Source: Deltaproteobacteria bacterium
GTDB lineage: Bacteria > Desulfobacterota > Syntrophia > Syntrophales > UBA5619
Length of the DNA: 42,243 nt
Assembly: GCA_016935075.1 (NCBI GenBank)
Contig: JAFGRP010000025.1
Location: 1 to 42,243, forward strand
Reading direction: 5' to 3'
Shown: one piece after another, positions 1 to 6,990 of the stretch
Position numbering within the stretch: position 1 is the first letter of the stretch
Layout of the letters: each line of letters begins with the position of its first letter
Notes under the pieces: generated by a model
Told to the model about the DNA's origin: nothing
What the model saw: only the letters and a program-made list of their open reading frames with translations
The model's database searches: none
Position numbers and translations under genes: made by a program

Positions 1-1
1 G

Positions 2-250
2 ATCGGTCTCGCCTTCCAGATCGCCGACGACATCCTCAATGTCGAGGGGGATCCGGCCCTTCTTGGAAAGGGAACAGGGAGCGACGCGGCCCGCGGAAAA
101 ATCACTTTTCCCGCCCTCCTGGGGATCGACGCCTCGCGCACCCGGGCGGAGGAACTCGTCATGGAAGCGGTTGCATCGTTGGCTCCCTTCGGCGATGGGG
201 CGGCGCCGCTCCGGGCGATCGCACGGTATATCCTGGAACGGAGGTCCTGA
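2..250 (+). CDS. ispA: polyprenyl (farnesyl) diphosphate synthase, last 82 codons (5' end outside window)
   Basis: Frame 2 reads IGLAFQIADDILNVEGDPALLGKGTGSDAARGKITFPALLG...YILERRS*. FQIxDDxL is the second Asp-rich motif of trans-prenyl diphosphate synthases. The TGA at 248-250 lies 7 nt before the dxs ATG, the classic ispA-dxs linkage. It is absent from the ORF track because no start lies in the window. Confidence 0.8.
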   Translation: MGLAFQIADDILNVEGDPALLGKGTGSDAARGKITFPALLGIDASRTRAEELVMEAVASLAPFGDGAAPLRAIARYILERRS

Positions 251-257
251 AGAGACC

Positions 258-2156
258 ATGGCGGAAGAAACAAAACAGGATATTCTGTCAAAAGTTGACG
301 ATCCCAAAGATATCCGGATTCTCAGCCTGCCGGAGCTGAACCGTCTCGCGGAGGAGATCCGGGAGAGGATGATCGAGACCGTTTCGAAGTGGGGCGGCCA
401 TCTTGCCTCCTCCCTGGGAACGGTGGAACTCACGCTCGCCCTCCACTACGTCTTCGACACGCCGCGGGACCGCCTCATCTGGGACGTGGGGCATCAAGCC
501 TACACCCACAAGATCATCACCGGCCGGAAGGGACGCTTCAGCACGCTTCGCCAGCGTGGGGGAATCAGCGGTTTCCCGAAACGGGAGGAAAGCCCTTACG
601 ACACCTTCGACGTGGGACACAGCGGAACTTCCATCTCCGCGGCGGCGGGGATGGCCGAAGCGCGCTGTCTCACGGGCGAGGATTTCCGGATCATTGCCGT
701 GATCGGCGACGGAGCGATATCCGCCGGGATGGCCTTTGAAGGGCTGAACTGGACCGGAGACCGCCGCAAGAACCTGATCATCATCTTAAACGACAACGAG
801 ATGTGCATCTCCCCCAACGTCGGCGCCCTCTCCTCCTACCTGAACCGGATCATGACCGGCCAGACGGTGAACCGGATCAGGGCGGAGGTTAAGACCTTTC
901 TCAAATCGGTTCCCGGCATCGGCGAACAGATGCTGAAGTTCTCCCGCCAGGTGGAGGAGTCGCTCAAGACCTTCTTCGTCCCCGGGGCGATTTTTGAAGA
1001 GCTGGGCTTCACCTATGTGGGTCCCCTCGAGGGACATCGCCTTGATCACCTGATCCGTAATTTGAAGAACGTGAAGTTACTGGAAGGACCCATCCTGGTC
1101 CACGTCGTCACACAGAAAGGGAAGGGCTACAAATTCGCCGAAGACGATCCCTCACGGTTTCACGGCATCCCGCCGTTTGACATCGACACGGGGGAAACCG
1201 TTGCCGCCGGCGGAACGCCCACGCCCCTTTCCTATACGAAGGTGTTTGGCCAAACGATCATGAAGCTGGCCGAGGAAGATCCGCGGATCGTTGCGATCAC
1301 GGCGGCTATGTCCGAGGGAACGGGGCTTGACCGTTTCGCCGGCAAATTCCCCTCCCGGTTCTACGACGTGGGAATGGCCGAACAGCATGGGGTAACTTTT
1401 GCCGCCGGGCTTGCCACGCAGGGGTTCGTCCCGATCGTCGCGATCTATTCCACATTCATGCAGCGCGCCTACGACCAGGTGATCCACGATGTCTGCCTGC
1501 AGAAGCTGCCCGTAGTCCTGGCGTTGGACCGGGGCGGCTTCGTCGGGGCCGACGGCCCCACCCACCACGGCCTGTTCGACTTCGCCTTCCTCCGTACCGT
1601 TCCAAATCTGATCGTCATGGCGCCGAAGGACGAAAACGAGCTCCAGCACATGCTGAAAACCGCCTCAGGTTGCGGCAGTCCCGTTTCCCTGCGCTACCCC
1701 CGGGGCAAAGGGGTTGGCGTTCCGCTGGACGAGAATCCCCGGATTATCCCCGTCGGAAAAGGCGAAATTCTTTTCGATCCGCCGGGTGCGACGGCCGCCG
1801 TGGTCGCCATCGGAAACTGCTGCTACCCCGCCATGACCGCTGCCGGAATGCTCCAAGCCGAAGGGATCCCCGTTCGGGTCATCAACGCCCGGTTCGTCAA
1901 ACCCCTCGACGCGGAGATCCTCTGCGCCGCCGCGCGGGAGTTCAAGAGGATCGTTACCGTCGAAGAGAATACCCTGATGGGAGGATTCGGCAGCGCCGTC
2001 CTCGAACTCTTCGCGGAAAAGGGGATCATCGACGTTTCCGTCCGACGCCTCGGTATCCCGGATGAATTCGCCCCGCAAGCCACCCAGAAGGAGCTCCGGC
2101 GTATGTATGGGATTGATGCGGAGGGGATTGTCAAGGCCGTCCGCGAACTGTCCTAA
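258..2156 (+). CDS. dxs: 1-deoxy-D-xylulose-5-phosphate synthase
   Basis: The 632-aa product from ATG 258 (MAEETKQDILSKVDDPKDIRILS...) carries Dxs hallmarks: GGHLASSLGTVELTLALHYVFDTPRDRLIWDVGHQAYTHKIITGR, the ThDP motif GDGAISAGMAFEGLN...NDN, and AEQHGVTFAAGLA. The track ORF start at 39 overlaps ispA and is rejected. Confidence 0.95.
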   Translation: MAEETKQDILSKVDDPKDIRILSLPELNRLAEEIRERMIETVSKWGGHLASSLGTVELTLALHYVFDTPRDRLIWDVGHQAYTHKIITGRKGRFSTLRQRGGISGFPKREESPYDTFDVGHSGTSISAAAGMAEARCLTGEDFRIIAVIGDGAISAGMAFEGLNWTGDRRKNLIIILNDNEMCISPNVGALSSYLNRIMTGQTVNRIRAEVKTFLKSVPGIGEQMLKFSRQVEESLKTFFVPGAIFEELGFTYVGPLEGHRLDHLIRNLKNVKLLEGPILVHVVTQKGKGYKFAEDDPSRFHGIPPFDIDTGETVAAGGTPTPLSYTKVFGQTIMKLAEEDPRIVAITAAMSEGTGLDRFAGKFPSRFYDVGMAEQHGVTFAAGLATQGFVPIVAIYSTFMQRAYDQVIHDVCLQKLPVVLALDRGGFVGADGPTHHGLFDFAFLRTVPNLIVMAPKDENELQHMLKTASGCGSPVSLRYPRGKGVGVPLDENPRIIPVGKGEILFDPPGATAAVVAIGNCCYPAMTAAGMLQAEGIPVRVINARFVKPLDAEILCAAAREFKRIVTVEENTLMGGFGSAVLELFAEKGIIDVSVRRLGIPDEFAPQATQKELRRMYGIDAEGIVKAVRELS

Positions 2157-2168
2157 CACCTAACGTCA

Positions 2169-2229
2169 GCCATGGACAGCGACGAGGGATGGCGCGCATC
2201 GAGCGCCATCCCTCGTCGCTGTCCATGGC
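2169..2229. terminator. 27-bp perfect inverted repeat with a 7-nt loop between convergent dxs and the STAS-like ORF; probable bidirectional stop or REP-like hairpin
   Basis: 2169-2195 GCCATGGACAGCGACGAGGGATGGCGC is the exact reverse complement of 2203-2229. The loop is GCATCGA. It starts 13 nt after the dxs stop and ends 17 nt before the stop of the - strand ORF. There is no clean U-tract, so the call is structural. Confidence 0.55.
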
Positions 2230-2245
2230 ATTGTTGGGGTTCCTT

Positions 2246-2614
2246 TTACTTGTATAGAAGCCACTGCCTGGCTTCTTCGACGGTGCTGAATTCACCGGTT
2301 GTTTTGCCTCGGTTCGCTTCCACGGTGGAGGTGAATCTCACGTCCTGGCTGGACTTCGCATCCGAGGGCAGAACGTGCGCGATTTTCAGGTGCGTCGTGG
2401 TTTCGGCTAGTTTCTTGCCGAATGTGAAACAGCCTGTTGTAGAAAACGCTTCAGTACTAAGTTCTCGCAGATCAACGAGAAGACTTGAGCACACATGGCG
2501 CTCGGTCAAGGTGACAGCTTGATTCATCGCTGAATAATGATCGTCCCTCGTGCAGGGGCTTGACACAACCACAAGAACAAACCCTTCCTCAGCAAATGAA
2601 ACTGAGTATGGCAT
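2246..2614 (-). CDS. hypothetical protein, STAS/SpoIIAA-like (function unknown)
   Basis: 122-aa ORF with a strong RBS (GGAGAAGGAGGAAGACG-ATG). The pattern LLVDLRELS...IAHVLPSD...FTSTVEANRGKTTGEFSTVEEARQWL resembles small SpoIIAA-like/STAS proteins that end in ..eeA..WL. The segment is visibly AT-richer than its neighbours. Confidence 0.55.
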   Translation of the reverse strand: MPYSVSFAEEGFVLVVVSSPCTRDDHYSAMNQAVTLTERHVCSSLLVDLRELSTEAFSTTGCFTFGKKLAETTTHLKIAHVLPSDAKSSQDVRFTSTVEANRGKTTGEFSTVEEARQWLLYK

Positions 2615-2673
2615 CGTCTTCCTCCTTCTCCAGCCCCAACGATTAATATACCCAATGATTGGTATCCGATATT

Positions 2674-2682
2674 TGATATAAT
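2674..2682 (+). promoter_or_regulatory. candidate extended -10 promoter element (TGaTATAAT) upstream of tlyA-ispH
   Basis: TGATATAAT at 2674-2682 sits in the AT-rich spacer about 185 nt upstream of tlyA. I found no convincing -35. This is a sequence match only. Confidence 0.2.
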
Positions 2683-2865
2683 CCTATAGTAAATTATCAG
2701 AGAATGCCAAGGAAAACATCCTTAATATCAACGCAAATATCCTATCACCATTGAGCATTTTGTGATACTAAGAGCCCCATAGGTAAACTATGGGGAAAAC
2801 CTCCACTTAACGGTCGGTAGTACATCCTTCGGGGTTCGGGAGGCGTGATATTTACGGGGTTTGGA

Positions 2866-3660
2866 ATGACAAATCCGAAGACGCGGAAAATCCGGCTGGA
2901 TTGCCTGCTCGTCGATCGCGGCCTGGCGGAGAGCCGCCAACGGGCGAAGGCGCTCATCCTCGCCGGGGCAGTCCTCGTCGGCGATCGTCCGGCGGACAAG
3001 GCGGGAAGCGCGGTTCCCGTAGATGCGGAGATCCGGATCCGGGGTGAAGAGAACCCTTACGTCAGCCGGGGCGGCCTCAAACTTCGGGGCGCCCTCGAGA
3101 CGTTCGGCCTATCCGTCCGGGGCCTGATCGCCCTCGACGTCGGGGCCTCCACCGGAGGCTTCACCGACTGCCTCCTCCAAGCGGAAGCAACGAAGGTCTA
3201 TGCGATCGATGTCGGCTACGGCCAGCTCGCCTGGAAGCTCCGGGAGGATCCCCGGGTCGTCTGCATCGAACGGACAAATATCCGCCATTATGACGGCGAA
3301 GGCATCACGGACGGGATCGACATCGCCGTGATCGACGCATCCTTCATTTCGCTCCGATTCGTGATTCCCCCTGTTTTAAAGCTGATCGGAAATGGCGCCA
3401 TCGTCCTCGCCCTGATCAAGCCGCAGTTTGAGGTGAAAAGGAACGAGGTCGGCAAGCGCGGCGTCGTCCGGGATCCGGCACTCCATGAACGGGTTCTCGC
3501 GGAGACGGTATCCTTCTGCCGCGACCTCGGTCTCGATGTCCTGAAGAGCTGCGCATCCCCGCTCACCGGACCTGCAGGAAACCGGGAGTTTTTCATCTAT
3601 CTGAAAAAACCACCGGAAGGTGAAATCGCCGGTGACACGGGAGAAACAAGATGGCCATAA
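2866..3660 (+). CDS. tlyA: TlyA-family 16S/23S rRNA (cytidine-2'-O)-methyltransferase (hemolysin A-like)
   Basis: It has an N-terminal S4-like RLDCLLVDRGLAESRQRAKALILAGAVLV and the FtsJ-type SAM motif ALDVGASTGGFTDCLL...YAIDVGYGQLAWKLR. Start choice is ATG 2866 or GTG 2845; the GTG lies directly against its GGAGG, so ATG is preferred. The stop overlaps the ispH ATG. Confidence 0.85.
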   Translation: MTNPKTRKIRLDCLLVDRGLAESRQRAKALILAGAVLVGDRPADKAGSAVPVDAEIRIRGEENPYVSRGGLKLRGALETFGLSVRGLIALDVGASTGGFTDCLLQAEATKVYAIDVGYGQLAWKLREDPRVVCIERTNIRHYDGEGITDGIDIAVIDASFISLRFVIPPVLKLIGNGAIVLALIKPQFEVKRNEVGKRGVVRDPALHERVLAETVSFCRDLGLDVLKSCASPLTGPAGNREFFIYLKKPPEGEIAGDTGETRWP

Positions 3661-5396
3661 AGCTTGCAAAGACGGCCGGCTTCTGCATGGGGGTAAAGCG
3701 GGCCGTCGATGTGGTTCTCGATATGGCCGGCCGCCGGAGCGGGGAGGCCATCTACACGTATGGTCCCCTGATCCACAACCCCCAGATGATAGAGCTCCTC
3801 CGGAAAAGGGGCATCATCCCCATCGGGAGTCTGGATGAGATCAAATGCACCCCCGCCGGGGCGGCGATGGTAATCCGCGCTCACGGGATCTCCCCCGACG
3901 AAAGAAAGAAAATCAAGGAAAAGGGGTTCCGGATTATCGACGCCACCTGTCCCAAGGTGGCCCATGTCCAGGCGATCATCCGGAAACAGGTGGCGGCAGG
4001 CTTTACGGTCCTGATCGCAGGGGATTGGGAGCATCCGGAGGTAAACGGTCTGCTGGGATTTGCAGGCGAGGCGGGGATCGTTCTCGGCGTTCCCGAAGAT
4101 GTGGATCGCCTCCCTGCTTTGCCGAAGGTGTGCGTCGTCGCCCAGACGACGCAGAGCCTGAAGGATTACGCAGCCATCGTCCGGCGGGTGAAGGAGCGAT
4201 TCCCGGAGGCGGTCATCTTCGACACAATCTGCGACTCCACAGAAACGAGGCAGACCGAGATCAAGGCGCTCGCCGCCGAAACGGACGCCGTCCTCATCAT
4301 CGGAGGCCTGAACAGCGCGAACACACGGCGCCTTGCGGAACTCGCGAAACTTCAGGGTAAACCCGCTTTCCATATCGAGACCTCCGGTGATCTCCAGGGG
4401 ATCGACATCGAACCTTACCGGAGGATCGGCGTCTCCGCCGGTGCCTCGACCCCAAACTGGATCATCGACCAGGTGGTGGATCATCTGACCGGCCGCCTGG
4501 GAAAGAGGGAGGAATTCCTCCGGTATCTCTTCAAGATCTGGGTTTTTGCCGTCCGCATGGATATTTACTCAGCCACGGGGGCGGGTTGTCTCTCATTTGC
4601 CGCCATGCTCCTCCAGGGACTGCCGGTGACCTTCCTTCCCATCCTGACCGCCTCCCTTTACGTCTACGCCATGCACGTCCTCAACCGCTTCACCAACCGG
4701 AAGGCCAGCAGCATCAGCTCCTTCCGCGAGGAGTCCTATCTCCTCCACGAAAAGATCTACGTCGCACTGGCCGTTTTCTCGATGATCCTTGCGCTCAGCG
4801 CCTCCTTTGCCGCAGGGACGGCGCCTTTCATTCTCCTGTTCGTCATCTCCCTCTCCGGTATTCTTTACAATACGAAGATTTTGCCGCCGGGATGGCGATT
4901 TCAGAGTCTGAAGGACATCCCGGGATCTAAGAACATCGCAACCGCCATTGCCTGGGCATCCGTCACGGCGCTGCTGCCGTGGATCGAGGCCGGACCGATC
5001 CCCGCACCCGGGGTTGTGACGGCCTTCCTTTTCATTGCCGCCATCGTCTTCATCCGTTCCGCGCTGTCGGATATCCTCGATATCCAGAGCGACAGGCTGA
5101 TCGGCCGGGAAACCCTCCCCGTTCTCATCGGCGAGGGGAAAACCCTCACCCTCCTTCAGGGGATCTCCGGCCTCCTGTTTGTCCTGCTCTGCGTTGCCCC
5201 TTCGGCCGGATGGTCGACCTCGCTCAGTTTTTTTCTATTAGCCTGTGTATTTTATATATGGATTTGTTTCAAACTTTATGATAGAAGGTCCGGGTTTTCC
5301 GGAGTCGTTCTGGAAGGCCTCCTGGAGAGCGGTTACATCATCGCCGGAATCATTGCCTTTTTATGGCTCGCGGCGGTTCGGGGTCTGTCTGCCTGA
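3651..5396 (+). CDS. ispH: 4-hydroxy-3-methylbut-2-enyl diphosphate reductase (IspH/LytB) fused to a C-terminal UbiA-superfamily polytopic membrane domain
   Basis: aa 1-285 carry the IspH Cys ligands GFC12MGV, ATC100PKV and TIC194DST, plus GGLNSANT and SAGASTP. aa 290-581 hold about 8 hydrophobic spans, LKDIPGSKN, and D474ILDIQSD481-RLIGRETLPV (the UbiA second Asp motif). The ATG overlaps the tlyA stop (ATGGCCATAA). Confidence 0.9.
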   Translation: MAIKLAKTAGFCMGVKRAVDVVLDMAGRRSGEAIYTYGPLIHNPQMIELLRKRGIIPIGSLDEIKCTPAGAAMVIRAHGISPDERKKIKEKGFRIIDATCPKVAHVQAIIRKQVAAGFTVLIAGDWEHPEVNGLLGFAGEAGIVLGVPEDVDRLPALPKVCVVAQTTQSLKDYAAIVRRVKERFPEAVIFDTICDSTETRQTEIKALAAETDAVLIIGGLNSANTRRLAELAKLQGKPAFHIETSGDLQGIDIEPYRRIGVSAGASTPNWIIDQVVDHLTGRLGKREEFLRYLFKIWVFAVRMDIYSATGAGCLSFAAMLLQGLPVTFLPILTASLYVYAMHVLNRFTNRKASSISSFREESYLLHEKIYVALAVFSMILALSASFAAGTAPFILLFVISLSGILYNTKILPPGWRFQSLKDIPGSKNIATAIAWASVTALLPWIEAGPIPAPGVVTAFLFIAAIVFIRSALSDILDIQSDRLIGRETLPVLIGEGKTLTLLQGISGLLFVLLCVAPSAGWSTSLSFFLLACVFYIWICFKLYDRRSGFSGVVLEGLLESGYIIAGIIAFLWLAAVRGLSA

Positions 5397-5408
5397 ACCG
5401 GAGGGATC

Positions 5409-5999
5409 GTGATAAAAAAACCGTGGACAACGGCCATCATTGCGCCCCTTTTCCTGGGCATTCTGAGCTGTGGCGGGCTCCGCTATTCGGAGGTGTCACC
5501 GGATGCACGGGATTTTCATCCCCAACGGATCGCGGTCCTTCCCGCCGATACCAGGGCCTTTGCGGAAGCCAAGGGCGACGTCGATCGTCTTTTCGCCGAG
5601 GTCCTGAGCGAAAAGAAGTGGTTCGCCGGCGTGGTCGGAGGGGAAACCATCAGCCGCCGTATGGAATCGGATGGAACGTTCAGGCAGGTTATCACGGACT
5701 ACCTGGCGAAGCTTGCGAACGTCAATTTCTCCGATCCGGCGCTGAGCGGAACGATTGGCGGGATGACCGGCGCCGAGGCTTTTCTGCTCGTCCGCGTCGA
5801 TTACTGGAACTACACGACGCAGAGCAGCGATAAGATTGCCAAGGTCAGCCTCAGCATCAGGATGATCGAGGCGAAGACGGGAAAGACCCTCTGGACGGCG
5901 GGTCATCACAGGATCAGCGACTATATGATCATCAAACCGGACCTTCCCGATGTGGCGAGGGCTCTCATCCGCGAGATGATCGGCTATATGCCGCACTGA
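5409..5999 (+). CDS. lipoprotein of unknown function
   Basis: GTG start 4-5 nt after GGAGGG. The signal peptide plus lipobox is MIKKPWTTAIIAPLFLGILS-C. The mature part, an alpha/beta-looking ...FLLVRVDYWNYTT...SLSIRMIEAKTGKTLW, loosely resembles DUF799/LpoB-type lipoproteins. Confidence 0.7.
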   Translation: MIKKPWTTAIIAPLFLGILSCGGLRYSEVSPDARDFHPQRIAVLPADTRAFAEAKGDVDRLFAEVLSEKKWFAGVVGGETISRRMESDGTFRQVITDYLAKLANVNFSDPALSGTIGGMTGAEAFLLVRVDYWNYTTQSSDKIAKVSLSIRMIEAKTGKTLWTAGHHRISDYMIIKPDLPDVARALIREMIGYMPH

Positions 6000-6024
6000 C
6001 AGTCTATTTAGAAAATCGCTGATC

Positions 6025-6174
6025 CAGGCTGTTCAAAAATGTCTGGATGCAAGGCCCCCGAATTCGAAGAATCGTGGAGCAAAGCGGGACCAATCCTGAG
6101 CCGTGAGGCGTAATGGTACGGTGAACGACGAAGGATGAGGGAAACGCAGCAGACAGGCGTTTTTCAACAGCCTG
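6025..6174. repeat. 150-nt MITE/REP-like element bounded by 15-nt imperfect terminal inverted repeats
   Basis: CAGGCTGTTCAAAAA (6025-6039) pairs with TTTTTCAACAGCCTG (6160-6174) at 14/15 complementary positions. The pairing is extended by TGTCTG (6040-6045) and CAGACA (6150-6155). It lies in the spacer between the lipoprotein and nifU-like genes. Confidence 0.45.
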
Positions 6175-6217
6175 CTGACAAACCGTTAGATACCGATGTA
6201 AATGGAGAGAAGAACAA

Positions 6218-6439
6218 ATGAAGGAAGAAGTGAAGAAGGTAATCGACCGGATCAGACCCGGTCTCCAGGCGGATGGCGGGGATGTGGAATTGATCGACGT
6301 GGGCGACGACGGCGTGGTTAAAGTGAGGCTTGTGGGGGCCTGTCACGGCTGCCCGATGGCCCAGATAACCCTGAAGAACGGGATCGAAAAATCTCTTAAA
6401 CAGGAGGTTCCCGCCGTTAAATCGGTGGTTTCCGTTTAA
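6218..6439 (+). CDS. NifU-like (Nfu C-terminal domain) Fe-S cluster carrier protein
   Basis: 73 aa: VIDRIRPGLQADGGDVELIDVGDDGVVKVRLVGACHGCPMAQITLKNGIE. This is the canonical NifU C-terminal domain with a CxxC motif. An RBS GGAGAG is present. Confidence 0.85.
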   Translation: MKEEVKKVIDRIRPGLQADGGDVELIDVGDDGVVKVRLVGACHGCPMAQITLKNGIEKSLKQEVPAVKSVVSV

Positions 6440-6491
6440 AAGACCGAACCGGAAGGGTCGGTCAATATAAAAAATAGCAAAGGAGAAGAAT

Positions 6492-6671
6492 ATGGCGTAT
6501 TTTATTACCGATGAATGCATTGCATGCGGTTCCTGTCAAGATGTATGTCCGGTGGAGGCGATCAGCGAGGGGGATGACAAATATGTCATCGATCCCAATT
6601 TGTGCACGGATTGCGGCACCTGCGCGGAACAGTGCCCGGTCGAGGCGATCAAGCCCGGGGAAGAGAAATAG
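6492..6671 (+). CDS. 2x[4Fe-4S] ferredoxin (59 aa)
   Basis: My own translation gives MAYFITDECIACGSCQDVCPVEAISEGDDKYVIDPNLCTDCGTCAEQCPVEAIKPGEEK*. It has two canonical CxxCxxCxxxCP motifs and the RBS AAAGGAGAAGAAT-ATG. It falls below the 60-aa cutoff of the supplied ORF track. Confidence 0.85.
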   Translation: MAYFITDECIACGSCQDVCPVEAISEGDDKYVIDPNLCTDCGTCAEQCPVEAIKPGEEK

Positions 6672-6695
6672 ATCCGCATCGGGTTTTTTCTTCGA

Positions 6696-6746
6696 AGAGG
6701 GGAAACGCCACGCCGCCGAGAGGCTGAGGCTTTCCCCTCTCTTTTA
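6696..6746 (+). terminator. candidate intrinsic terminator of the nifU-like/ferredoxin unit
   Basis: AGAGGGGAAA (6696-6705) pairs with TTTCCCCTCT (6731-6740), followed by CTTTTAT. The 25-nt loop is long for a textbook terminator. Confidence 0.45.
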
Positions 6747-6816
6747 TGGTATGGAACCCTTGAAAATCGTGATCCCTCCGCGCGCCGGACATTTTTCGAC
6801 CCTGTACCGGAAAATG

Positions 6817-6860
6817 GGGACAGCTCCCTATTTTCCTGCGGAAAAATAGGGAGCTGTCCC
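6817..6860. repeat. intergenic palindromic element (18-bp perfect stem), member of the AATGGGG-anchored family
   Basis: GGGACAGCTCCCTATTTT (6817-6834) is the exact reverse complement of AAAATAGGGAGCTGTCCC (6843-6860). It is preceded by GGAAAATGGG and flanked by the direct repeats TTTTCCTGCGG / TTTTCCTGCAGG. Confidence 0.6.
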
Positions 6861-6990
6861 TAATTTTCCTGCAGGGTGCCCCGAAAAATCTCCAATGCGC
6901 GCTTTAAGGGATCCGATTTTCAAGTTGCACAAAGCGATCTCCATCATAAGAACCGATTTGAAACGCGGGTTTGATTGAACAGGCGGGAGC

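Noticed and set aside
39-257. N-terminal 73-codon extension of the dxs ORF (track start at 39).
   Set aside because: It overlaps the ispA 3' end, which is in another frame and has clear prenyl-synthase motifs. The extension is Arg/Ser/Pro-rich. The MAEETKQ start at 258 fits Dxs N-termini.
2172-2522. 116-aa + strand ORF starting inside the 27-bp hairpin.
   Set aside because: Its first 18 codons are simply the palindrome read through. The rest is antisense to the better-supported STAS-like gene, which has a strong RBS.
6817-6860. CRISPR array or other regularly spaced repeat array formed by the palindromes at 6817, 9467, 37298 and 38623.
   Set aside because: The copies are kilobases apart, differ in stem sequence and are separated by ordinary genes. 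There is no repeat-spacer periodicity and no cas gene.
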